A stretch of 64,000 nucleotides of DNA from Planctomycetota bacterium. Its GTDB lineage: Bacteria; Planctomycetota; UBA1135; UBA2386. The notes under the pieces were generated by a model. It was not told where the DNA came from. It did not search any database and saw only the letters and a list, made by a program, of their open reading frames with translations. The stretch is from NCBI GenBank assembly GCA_046290465.1, contig JBKAGP010000001.1:5504001-5568000 (forward strand), in the 5' to 3' direction. Both the position numbers and the translations under genes were made by a program. Below, piece by piece: positions 28,974-38,013 of this stretch (position 1 is the stretch's first letter; each line of letters opens with the position of its first letter).

Positions 28974-29846
28974 ATGAGCGACGCTCCGCTGGTCGGCATC
29001 GCGCTGCAGCCCGAGCCGGTGTTCTTCGAGCACAACCGGCGGCTGCTCGAGGAGCGCGCGCAGCTGTTCGAGGTGACTCCCGAGACGCTGTGGACGAACG
29101 GCTGCGAGCCGGGCCCGGGGCACCAACGGCTGCTGCGGTTCACGGCCGCGGCGGGCCGGCCGGTCGTCGGCCACGGCGTGCTGTGCTCGATCGGCGCCGC
29201 CGCGCCGCCGGCGCGCCGCGCGCGGTGGCTGCAGGCGCTGCGTCGCGACGCGCAGGCGTTCGGGTTCGGCTGGCTCAGCGAGCACCTCGGCTTCGCCGAC
29301 GTCGACGGCCTGCACGTCGCCTGGCCGCTGCCGCTGCCGTGCACCGACGAGGCCGCCGACGTCGTCGCCGCTTCGCTGCGCGAGCTGCGCGGTGCCTGCG
29401 GTGAGGTGCTGTTCGAGAACAACGCCGACCTGTTCTGCCTCGGCGATCCGCTCGACCAGGCCGAGCTGTTCGCGCGCATCTGCGAACGTGCCGACGCCGG
29501 CCTGCTGCTCGACCTGCACAACGCGTTCGCGTTCTGTCGCAACGTCGGCGTCGATCTGCACGCGTTTCTCGAACGGCTGCCGTGGCCGCGCGTGCGCGAA
29601 CTGCACCTGAGCGGCGGCAGCGACAGCGACCCGGAGCTGCTGCCGTCGCGGCGGTCGCTGCGGCTGGATTCGCACGACGGCGCCGTGCCCGACGAGGTCT
29701 GGCGCGCGCTGCAGTTCGCGCTGCCGCGCGCAAGCGGGCTCCGGGCGGTCGTCTGCGAGTGGTTTCCGGACGCGATGGACGCGGCGGCCGGCGCGCAGTT
29801 CGCCGCCGACTTCGAGCGCGCGCGCGCGATGGTGGAGGCCAACTGA
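28974..29846 (+). CDS. DUF692 family multinuclear non-heme iron oxidative enzyme (MNIO)
   Basis: GHGVLCSIG, WLSEHLGF, LFENN, LLLDLHN, ELHLSGG, LDSHDGAVP, VCEW iron-ligand motifs. Confidence 0.9.
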   Translation: MSDAPLVGIALQPEPVFFEHNRRLLEERAQLFEVTPETLWTNGCEPGPGHQRLLRFTAAAGRPVVGHGVLCSIGAAAPPARRARWLQALRRDAQAFGFGWLSEHLGFADVDGLHVAWPLPLPCTDEAADVVAASLRELRGACGEVLFENNADLFCLGDPLDQAELFARICERADAGLLLDLHNAFAFCRNVGVDLHAFLERLPWPRVRELHLSGGSDSDPELLPSRRSLRLDSHDGAVPDEVWRALQFALPRASGLRAVVCEWFPDAMDAAAGAQFAADFERARAMVEAN

Positions 29847-30175
29847 TGCTGCTCGACCTGCAGCGGCTGCTGGTGGCGGCGTTGCGCACGCCCGATCCCG
29901 CCGGGTTCCTGCGCGAACGGGCCGAGCGCGAGCCCGGCCTGCGGGCGGACGAGCGACGCGCGCTGCTGGCCGCGGGTGAGGACGGCGTGCGCATGTCGCG
30001 GGTGATGATCCGCAAGCTGCGCCTGCAGCGCATTCTGCGCGGCGACCCGGACGCGGCCGCGGCGATGGCCCGCGACCCGGAGGCGTTCGCCGCGAGGTTC
30101 GCGGCCTACGATCGCGACGTCGCGCCGACCGCCGTGACGCCGCCGGACGAGGCGGCGCAGTTCCGCGCCTACTGA
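29846..30175 (+). CDS. Small helical protein, probable MNIO partner
   Basis: ATG overlaps the MNIO stop (TGATG); MLLDLQRLLVAAL...FAARFAAYDRDVAPTAVTPPDEAAQFRAY resembles the small partners encoded after MNIO genes. Confidence 0.7.
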   Translation: MLLDLQRLLVAALRTPDPAGFLRERAEREPGLRADERRALLAAGEDGVRMSRVMIRKLRLQRILRGDPDAAAAMARDPEAFAARFAAYDRDVAPTAVTPPDEAAQFRAY

Positions 30176-31449
30176 GCGCGCGGCGGCCAGCCCGGCAGCG
30201 TCGCGCGCAGGTGGGCGTCGAGCGTGCTGCGCTCGTCGCGGGTCAGGCGCACGTCGCCCGGCGGCACGCCGCGCACGATCGCCACCTGCAGCCGCTGCAG
30301 GACCCGTCGACGCAGTTCGTCCGGCATCCGGCCGAACGCCGGCGCGTGCACCATGGGCGACAGCGGCAGCGTGAACGTGCGCCTGTGCAGGTCCAGGGTG
30401 CCGAGCCCGATGTCGTCGCCGGAGCGCGGCCACCGCGCGGCGAACGCGCGCGCGAACCCGGGCTCCGGGGCGCAGGCGTGCGGCGACAGGTCGGCCTCGC
30501 CGTCGAGCAGCAGCGCGGCCGCCAGCTGCCGGGCGAGGTCGTCGACGATGCGGCGGGTCTGCGCGCGCATGCCCTGCTCGTCGAGGATCTCGTTGACGAC
30601 GCGGTCCTTGTCGAGCAGGTAGCGCGTCTGCAGCGACGCACGCACCATCAGGTTGTGGATCGCCGCCTGTTGCTCGAGCGCGAGCAGCGCGCCGATGTCG
30701 CTGGTCGCGACCGGGTAGGTGTCGGCGGCGAAGCCGAACGCGTCGGCGAGTGCGGTCAGGTCCGCCGCGGGCTTCGACGCGACCAGGTAGCCGCCGCGGC
30801 CGTCGTCCTCGGCGATGCCGTTGCCGCGGTGCGTGCCGACGAACGTGCCGGTCACCAGCCAGCCGCCCCAGCGGTCGGCGATCGGCTGCCGGAAGTCCAT
30901 GTCGGCTTCGCCGGCGTCGACGATCGGGTCGCCGACCTCGTCCGGGAACACCGAGCGCAGCAGCAGGCCCGGCTCGTCGTGCGTGCGGGTGCTGGCGTGG
31001 CAGCGCAGGCAGGTGTCGTCGCGCACCAGCCGCGGTCGCTGCGCCGGGTCCTGCGTCAGCGTGTAGAACGCGACGCCGAGGCGGTCGTCGCCGACGGCGA
31101 CCTCGAGCGACGCGGCGCCCGGGATCCAGCCGACGTAGGCGTCGCTGTTGAAGTAGAGCGCGCGCGGGTTGGCCGGCGAGATCCGGTGGCGCTGCAGGCT
31201 GGTCTTGCTGAACACCAGCGTCTGGCTCTCGACGGGGATCTCGAGCGCGCGCAGCAGCGCCAGCAGGCGGCCGCGCCGGCCTTGGCTCGGCAGCTCGACG
31301 CTGCCGTCGGCGAGGCGCGCGTCGAGGCGCGTCGCCGCGTTGTCGTCCTCGGTGCGGCGGTAGGTGTTCGGCGACCGCTTGTGGAACGCCTGCCCCGCAA
31401 GCGGTGCGGCGCACAGGCCGGCGAGCAGCAGCGCGAGGACGGGACGCAT
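30169..31449 (-). CDS. Secreted protein with a single CxxCH (possible c-type cytochrome)
   Basis: Signal ending LAGQ; SQTLVFSKTSLQ, ISPANPRALYFN, CLRCH, DRWGGWLVTG, SDIGALLALEQQ. Confidence 0.75.
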   Translation of the reverse strand: MRPVLALLLAGLCAAPLAGQAFHKRSPNTYRRTEDDNAATRLDARLADGSVELPSQGRRGRLLALLRALEIPVESQTLVFSKTSLQRHRISPANPRALYFNSDAYVGWIPGAASLEVAVGDDRLGVAFYTLTQDPAQRPRLVRDDTCLRCHASTRTHDEPGLLLRSVFPDEVGDPIVDAGEADMDFRQPIADRWGGWLVTGTFVGTHRGNGIAEDDGRGGYLVASKPAADLTALADAFGFAADTYPVATSDIGALLALEQQAAIHNLMVRASLQTRYLLDKDRVVNEILDEQGMRAQTRRIVDDLARQLAAALLLDGEADLSPHACAPEPGFARAFAARWPRSGDDIGLGTLDLHRRTFTLPLSPMVHAPAFGRMPDELRRRVLQRLQVAIVRGVPPGDVRLTRDERSTLDAHLRATLPGWPPRAQ

Positions 31450-31453
31450 GCGG

Positions 31454-32632
31454 CTACTTGCGGCGCAGCAGCCAGACGAAGCCCGTGATCTCTTCCTTGA
31501 CGAGCTTCGCCTTCTCCTTCTGCATCGCCTCGTACTTCGTGCCGAAGTCGTCGCCGCCGTTGTTCGACTCGAACAGCTTCTGCAGCTTCTTGTTCCAGGC
31601 GTCGAGCTTCTGGGTCGCTTGCTTCTGGTCGACGCCTTCGTTGAGGTGCGTCAGCGTCAGCTGGTCCCCGACCAGCAGGTCGAGCTTGCCGTCGCCGTCG
31701 ACGTCGCTGGCCCAGACGCGCGTGCCGCTCTGCGGGCCGGTGACGTGCTCGTCACCGAAGCGTGGCGCGCCGTCCATCCGCATGCCGTGGCCGGTCGGCT
31801 CGAGCAGCGTCTGGCGCGCGCCGAACTTCGGCGCGGTCTTGCTGCCCTCGTTGACGAACAGGAACGCGCCGCCCTCGGCCGAGCCGCTGAGCAGGTCGAG
31901 GTCGCCGTCCCGGTCCCAGTCGACCAGGAACGGGTCGCTGTGCATGCCGACCTTCAGCGGCTCGCCGCCGCGCTCGAGCCAGCTCGCCTTCGGCGCGAAG
32001 CGGCCCTTGCCGTCGCCCTGGAAGAACCCGAACGTGCCGAGGAAGTTGCCGGCGACCAGGTCGAGCTTGCCGTCGCCGTCGAGGTCACAGGCGAACGGCC
32101 GCGTGCAGATCTTGCCGATGATCGGATCGGCGTCGTCGCCGCCGGTCGCCGGCAGGATCAGCGGCTCGCCGTCGGTTCCGTGCAGCGCCTCGGGCTTCTG
32201 GAAGCCGCCCTTGCCGTCACCGTAGAGCACCTGGAACAGGCCGGCCATGTCGCGGCCCGGTCGCGAGTACGAGCCCGAGAGGATGTCGGTGTGGCCGTCG
32301 CCGTTGAGATCCACGAACTGTGGAGTCGACGACGTGCATCACCAGACGCCGGGCACCTCGGCGATGGCGCCCTCGGCCTGCAGCCAGTCGCCCTTCTGCA
32401 GCGAGCCGTCCTTGCTGCCCTTGCACAGCAGCATCCTGCCGCCGGCGAACTGGCCGACGACCAGGTCGTGGTGGCCGTCGCCGTCGACGTCGTGCCAGCA
32501 GGGCGCGGCGTAGCCGGGGGCCTCGACCTTGACGTCGGCGCCGCCCGCCTGGACGCGGACCGGGGGGTGGAACAGCGCGCCGGGGCCCTGCGGGCAGCTG
32601 GCGATCGCGAGGAGGAGCGTGGAGGTGAGCAT
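31454..32632 (-). CDS. FG-GAP/VCBS repeat protein with one in-frame TGA (putative selenoprotein, W-U-C)
   Basis: One frame from ATG 32632 through TGA 32339-32341 into the 31454..32314 ORF: ...AEVPGVW*CTSSTPQFVDLNGDGHTDILSG; DxDGDGxxDL repeats on both sides. Confidence 0.75.
32297..32333 (-). promoter_or_regulatory. Putative bacterial SECIS element
   Basis: After UGA: GUCGUCG pairs with CGGCGAC; upper stem UCCAC/GUGGA closes apical loop AGUUC (G at position 2), 19 nt from UGA. Confidence 0.6.
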
Positions 32633-32727
32633 CGGGTGGCTGCGTCGGACGACGTCGTCGTGACAGGACGCAAGCTTAGCGGCGGTCGCAGCCGCGGGAA
32701 GCGGCGGGCGTGCGGAGCGCCGCCCGA

Positions 32728-34167
32728 CTACGGCCCGGCGTCGTGCGGCAGCGAGCCGCGCGGGCCGCGCAGGTAGCCGTAGGGCGTCACGTGCAGCAGG
32801 TTGCTGACCCGCGACGTGTAGATGTCGGCGTGGCCTTCGATCTGGCGCGCCAGCCGGCTCTTGTCGATGCCGGCGCGCATCGCCGGGCCCCAGCGCGAAT
32901 GGCCGAGGTGGCTCGATGCCTGCGCCAGCGGCGAGATCCTCGCGTCGAGTTCGTCGATCTCCTGTCGCAGCGCGCGCAGCCGTTCCTGCAGCGCCTCCTG
33001 ACCCTGCGGCAGCCCCGGCGGCGGGTCGTCGCCGTGCTCGACCCGCAACAGCGCCAGCCGCAGCGCCGCCTGCTCCTCGTCGAGCGCGACCTTGTCGCGC
33101 ATGTGTGCTTCGAGCTGCTGCTGCTCGACGCCGAACAACCGCTCGGCCAGCACTTCGTCCTCGAGCTCGCGCAGCACCAGCGCGGTCCGCCAGCGGCGGA
33201 TCCGGCTCGACACGTGCACGTCGGCGTAGACGTGGTCGCCGACGTAGAGGATCTGGCCGCCGTCGAGACCGAGGTGTTCCTGCACGGCGCCGGCGTCGCC
33301 GCCGCGGTAGATCACGCCGGGCCTGAGCGCGCCCTGCAGCGGCCGTTCGTTGCCCTCCTCGTCGAAGATCTCGAAGAACGGCGCGCTGCGCTCGAAGAAC
33401 GCCGGCTTGCGGGCCTCGACGATCACCAGGTCGAACAGGTCGCGCCAGCCGAGCTCGCCGAGCCGGCCGTTGAACGCGTAGCGCATCATCGGCCGCGTGT
33501 AGCTCCACTCGCTGTTGGTCGCCAGGAACAGCTTCTTGCCGGCGCGCTTCAGGTCGAGCAGCGTCTGCGGCAGGTCGGGGTCGAGGTCGACGAAGCGCTC
33601 GGGGTCGGCGATGATCTCGGCCTTCAGCTGCCCCTCGAGGTGCGCGGCGTTGATGTTGTCGTTGACGATGCCGTACAGCTCGCGGTAGCTCGGCGTGCCG
33701 TCGAGCCGGCCTGTGTCGCGCAGGTCGACCAGCTGGCCGTAGATGCACGCCTCCGACAGCGAGAACAGCGTGTTGAGGAACACCCAGCGGGGCTCGCCGA
33801 GGTCGACCCAGACCTGGCTGTAGGCCTCGCGCTGCTGCTCGTGCGACAGCATCGCGGTGCCGTGCGCCGCCTGGGTCACGTAGCCGAAGCGGTTGGCCTT
33901 GACGATGTTGCCCTTCTCGACGTCGATGATCAGCCCGCGCGCGAACTGCTCGGCGTCGAACTCGAGGTCCTGCACCGGCAGGCCGCGTTCGAGCAGCTTC
34001 TGGCGCACGTGTTCGTAGGCCCGCGCCTCCCAGGCGACCACGTCGTAGTGCACGAGCGTGTAGTCCATGTCGAAGCCGACCGCGTGCACCGACCGCATGT
34101 TGAGGGTGCGGTTGCAGAACACGCGCCGTTCGGCGGGAGGCGACCAGGCGGCCTGTCGTTCGGGCAT
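32728..34167 (-). CDS. HAD-IG family 5'-nucleotidase (cN-II-like)
   Basis: AAGGAG RBS before ATG 34167; RVFCNRTLNM, GFDMDYTL, FLATNS, ARKPAFF, YVGDHVYADV. Confidence 0.9.
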   Translation of the reverse strand: MPERQAAWSPPAERRVFCNRTLNMRSVHAVGFDMDYTLVHYDVVAWEARAYEHVRQKLLERGLPVQDLEFDAEQFARGLIIDVEKGNIVKANRFGYVTQAAHGTAMLSHEQQREAYSQVWVDLGEPRWVFLNTLFSLSEACIYGQLVDLRDTGRLDGTPSYRELYGIVNDNINAAHLEGQLKAEIIADPERFVDLDPDLPQTLLDLKRAGKKLFLATNSEWSYTRPMMRYAFNGRLGELGWRDLFDLVIVEARKPAFFERSAPFFEIFDEEGNERPLQGALRPGVIYRGGDAGAVQEHLGLDGGQILYVGDHVYADVHVSSRIRRWRTALVLRELEDEVLAERLFGVEQQQLEAHMRDKVALDEEQAALRLALLRVEHGDDPPPGLPQGQEALQERLRALRQEIDELDARISPLAQASSHLGHSRWGPAMRAGIDKSRLARQIEGHADIYTSRVSNLLHVTPYGYLRGPRGSLPHDAGP

Positions 34168-34273
34168 ACTCCTTGTTGTAGCAGCGGGCGCGGCCGTCGC
34201 CATGGCGCCGGTGGCAGCGGTGCGACGAGGACTCGTCCGTTGCTCCGAATGGGGGGTTGACTAGTGGGTAGCC

Positions 34274-37200
34274 ATGGCACGGTCTCCGCGTCGACTCCCG
34301 GCCGCGTTCGCGCTGGCCGCAGCCTGCCTGTTCGTGCCGAGCGGGTGCGGCGCCGGCCTGATCACCGGGATCGCGGCCAGCGACAGCGGCAGCAACCCCG
34401 AGGCGCGCGTCTCCGAACTCAACGTGCTGACGTCGCCGCTGCCGCTGATGCCGGAGGCCGGCCGCACCGCGCGGGTGCTGGTCTCGAACGCCGACCTGTC
34501 GGGGGACCGGCTGCGCAAGGTCGAACTGCGCGCCGCCGGCAGGACGGCCGAGCAGCCGGTGCTCGCGGTGGCCGTGCAGAACGGCGCGACCACGATCACG
34601 GTGCTGCTCGACACGGCGCCGCTGCGCGCCGGCATCGACCCGACCGCGGCGGACCTGGCGGCGCAGTTCGTGGTGACGACGGTCGACGGCGAGGTCGGCC
34701 CCGCCGGCGTCGACCTGGTCCGTCAGCCGGTGACGCGCCTGGTGCTGCCGACGGGCGTCGGCGAACTGAAGCTGTCGCCGCTCGGCGGCTTCGTCAGGAT
34801 GACCGTCGACGGCCTGCGCGCGACCGACGAGTCCGAACTGGAGGTGGTCATCTCGACGCGCGATCCGCAGTCGGTGGTGCCGGGTGCGCGCACGATCCGC
34901 CTGTCGACCGACGTCGAGTTCGTCGCCCCCGAAGGCGGGCTGCCGACGTTGGAGGCGCTGATCCCCGGCAACGACTTCCCCGACGAGTTCGAGATCCTGG
35001 TGCGCGACCAGATCGCCGGCGTGTCGACGTCGGCGACCAACGCGATCTACGAACCGCGCGTCGAGTTCGCGCTGCCCGGGCAGGGACCGACGACCGGCGG
35101 CAGCCTGGTGACGCTGATCGGCACCGCGCTGGTGCCGTACGACTTCTCGACCGCGCCGGCGCAGCTCGACTTCGACAGCATCACGCTGACGTTCGAGAAG
35201 GGGCAGCGGATCACGCAGCTGGCGCCGCAGGACTTCCGCCCGGCGGAGTCCGACTCGGACCGGCTGGTGTTCACGATCCCGCCGTCGCCCGACGGCCGGC
35301 CCGGCCGCGTCACGATCCGGCTGCAGGTCGACGGCGTGCGGCCCGGCGGCGCGCCGTTCACGGCGACCTTCGAGGCCGACGAGGAGTTTCTGTTCGCCAA
35401 CCCGGATCCGTTCTTCGGCCCGCGCGGCGCGGTGCTCGACCGCACGCCGGTGGCGGCCGCGCCGATCCGCCTCGACAGCGCGCCGAGCACCGACGCGGCG
35501 CCGGACTTCGCGATCCTGACCGAGCAGGGCGGCGTCGGCTTCCTGCAGCTGCTGCTCGCCCAGCAGAACGGCATGTTCCAGCCGTTCGCGACGCCGCGGC
35601 AGATCGGCAACCACCAGCTCGGCCCGCAGCGCAATCCGAAGGACCTGTTGGTCGGCGACTTCAACGGCGACGACGTGCCGGACCTGTTCGTCGTCAACGA
35701 GGGCGGCGCGACCGCGAGCCACCTGCTGGTGCTCGGTCAGCAGCGGCCCGATCCGCCGCTCGGCGACGTCGTGGTCGTCAACGCCGCGCCGGGCTCGACC
35801 AGCGGCCGGGTGGCCGATTTCGACGGCGACGGCCACCTCGACGTGCTGCTGGTGCCGGGACCGCTCGCGCCGCTCGGCCAGCGGCCGCAGGTGCTGTTCG
35901 GCACCGGCGCGGGCGTACCGCCGCTGTTCGAACCGGAGGTCGTGCTCGACGTGCGCGCGTTCGCCTACGAGGCCGCCGAGGTCGAGGACTTCGACGGCGA
36001 CGGCCGCCTCGACGTCGCGCTCGTCAGCGGCACCGAACTGAAGCTCGACGTCGCCTACGGCGGCGACGAACGCACGTTCTCGAGCGGCGTGCAGACGGAC
36101 TTCACGATCCCGGACTACACGCCGGACCCGGCGTCGCCGGCGGTCGGCCTGCACTCGTGCCGCAACGGCGCGCAGCCGGCGCTGGCGGTCGTGCTGGCGG
36201 GCCTCGATGCGCCGACGGTCACGCGGCCGACGGTCGCGGTGCTGCCGCAGCAGCAGGTCGCCGGGGTCTGGGAGTTCGTGCCGCCGACGCTGCAGGAGGT
36301 CTACGTCGCGCCGGTCGAGCCGATCGGCCAATCGCTGGCGGCCGACCTCGACGGCGGCCAGAACCCCGGTGTCGGCCCGGTCGAACTGGTCATCGGCATC
36401 CGCGGCGAGCCGTCGTCGGTTTCGCTCGGCCTGCTGCAGTTCGACGGCACCCGCTTCAACCCGCTGCTCGGCTCGATCATCGGCGGCACCGCGCTGTTGG
36501 CCGAGGCGCCGGTGCAGATCAGTTCGCTCGCGTTCGACACCGCGTTCCCGGCGGCGGGCGCGGGCCAGCCGCAGAAGGACGCGGTGTTCCTGGTGCACGA
36601 GGTCGACGTCGACGGCGTGCGCGAACGGCGGCTGTCGACGCGCCTCGTCGACGTGCCGCAGCTCGACGAACCGATCCTGCTGCCGCCGGACGCGGGCGCC
36701 AGCCTGGCGTTCCCGATCGAAGGGCTGGTCGCCGGCGACTTCTCGGACACCGCGCTGGGCGCGCAGGGCCGGGTGCGCGACCTGGCGCTGGCCAGCACCG
36801 CGATCCCGAACCAGCAGGAGGGCATCCGGATCGTGCTCAACGACGGCTTCGGCGGGATCCCGCGGCTCGGCAATTCGATGCAATCGCCCGGCCTGCTGCC
36901 CGACTCGGTGACGCTGCTGTCGTCCGAGACCGACTACGACCGGCTGGTGTTCGTCAACCGCGACTCGACGGTCGGCTTCTGGCGGCCGGACCCGACCGGG
37001 CCGGCGCTGCAGGCGCCCAACAGCCTGTCGGGGCCGCTGCGCACCGCGCTCGGCGCACCGTTCGACACGCTCGACCTCGACGACGACACCCGCATCCAGG
37101 TCGCCGACGTCGACGGCGACGGCGTGCGCGACCTGGTGGTGATGATGTCGTTCGACATCTCGGTGCCGAGTATCGGCGATACCCGCATCGCGCTGCTGCG

Positions 37201-37978
37201 CGGCAAGGTGCTGCCGGCCAGCACGGAGTTCCCGTTCCACCAGCCGGTCGTGTTCGCGCCGGCGCACGGCAATGCCTCGTCGTTCGCGCTCGGCGACTTC
37301 GCGGTCGAACCCGGCGGGGTGCCGACGCGGCTGGAGCTGGCGGTGGCGGTGCCGGAGGGGTCGAGCCCGACCTCGGTCGACGGCAACCACCTGATCTTCT
37401 TCCGCTACCAGGCGGGGGCCACGGTCGCGGAGGATCGGTTCGTGCCGAGCTTCGTGACCGCCAACGAACAGGCGCTGCTGGCCGGCAGCGGGCCGACCGA
37501 GGTGGTCACCGCCGACTTCGACGGGGACGGCCGCCAGGACCTGCTGGTGGCCTGCCGCGGCGACGACACGCTGCGGCTGTTCCGCAACACGTCGCTGCCG
37601 GGCGGGCCGGCGTTCGAGGTCGACGTCGCGGCGTTCGTCGAAGGGCTGTCGTCGCCGTACGCGCTCGATCCGGGCACGCCGACGGCGCTGCGCCTCAGCG
37701 ACGTCAACGGCGACGGCAACCTCGACGCGGTCGTGTTCGTGCAGCAGCAGCTGCAGTCGGGAGTGCTGCAGTCGTCGGTCGCGACCTACCTGAGCTCGGG
37801 TTCGGGCTCGTTCGAGTCGGCGCGGTTCGCGTCGCGCACCCGCAGCGGCGACTTCGACGCGGTGCTGTCCGGCGCGCTCGGCGACTGGAATCGCGACGGG
37901 GTCGTCGACCTGCTGCTCGGCTGGGAGGTCGTCGATCCGCTGGTCAACCTGCGCGTGCTGTTCGGCGGCACGAGGTAG
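34274..37978 (+). CDS. Large lipoprotein with IPT/TIG domain and many FG-GAP repeats
   Basis: Lipobox-like VPSGC; PGQGPTTGGSLVTLIG; repeated GDFNGDDVPDL / ADFDGDGxxD. Confidence 0.8.
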   Translation: MARSPRRLPAAFALAAACLFVPSGCGAGLITGIAASDSGSNPEARVSELNVLTSPLPLMPEAGRTARVLVSNADLSGDRLRKVELRAAGRTAEQPVLAVAVQNGATTITVLLDTAPLRAGIDPTAADLAAQFVVTTVDGEVGPAGVDLVRQPVTRLVLPTGVGELKLSPLGGFVRMTVDGLRATDESELEVVISTRDPQSVVPGARTIRLSTDVEFVAPEGGLPTLEALIPGNDFPDEFEILVRDQIAGVSTSATNAIYEPRVEFALPGQGPTTGGSLVTLIGTALVPYDFSTAPAQLDFDSITLTFEKGQRITQLAPQDFRPAESDSDRLVFTIPPSPDGRPGRVTIRLQVDGVRPGGAPFTATFEADEEFLFANPDPFFGPRGAVLDRTPVAAAPIRLDSAPSTDAAPDFAILTEQGGVGFLQLLLAQQNGMFQPFATPRQIGNHQLGPQRNPKDLLVGDFNGDDVPDLFVVNEGGATASHLLVLGQQRPDPPLGDVVVVNAAPGSTSGRVADFDGDGHLDVLLVPGPLAPLGQRPQVLFGTGAGVPPLFEPEVVLDVRAFAYEAAEVEDFDGDGRLDVALVSGTELKLDVAYGGDERTFSSGVQTDFTIPDYTPDPASPAVGLHSCRNGAQPALAVVLAGLDAPTVTRPTVAVLPQQQVAGVWEFVPPTLQEVYVAPVEPIGQSLAADLDGGQNPGVGPVELVIGIRGEPSSVSLGLLQFDGTRFNPLLGSIIGGTALLAEAPVQISSLAFDTAFPAAGAGQPQKDAVFLVHEVDVDGVRERRLSTRLVDVPQLDEPILLPPDAGASLAFPIEGLVAGDFSDTALGAQGRVRDLALASTAIPNQQEGIRIVLNDGFGGIPRLGNSMQSPGLLPDSVTLLSSETDYDRLVFVNRDSTVGFWRPDPTGPALQAPNSLSGPLRTALGAPFDTLDLDDDTRIQVADVDGDGVRDLVVMMSFDISVPSIGDTRIALLRGKVLPASTEFPFHQPVVFAPAHGNASSFALGDFAVEPGGVPTRLELAVAVPEGSSPTSVDGNHLIFFRYQAGATVAEDRFVPSFVTANEQALLAGSGPTEVVTADFDGDGRQDLLVACRGDDTLRLFRNTSLPGGPAFEVDVAAFVEGLSSPYALDPGTPTALRLSDVNGDGNLDAVVFVQQQLQSGVLQSSVATYLSSGSGSFESARFASRTRSGDFDAVLSGALGDWNRDGVVDLLLGWEVVDPLVNLRVLFGGTR

Positions 37979-38013
37979 CGATCGGTCGGCGGGCTGCCTA
38001 TCGTGCGGCCCCA

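Noticed and set aside
28955..28976. TGA readthrough joining the SASA esterase to the MNIO
   Set aside because: The two genes are in different frames (16-bp gap).
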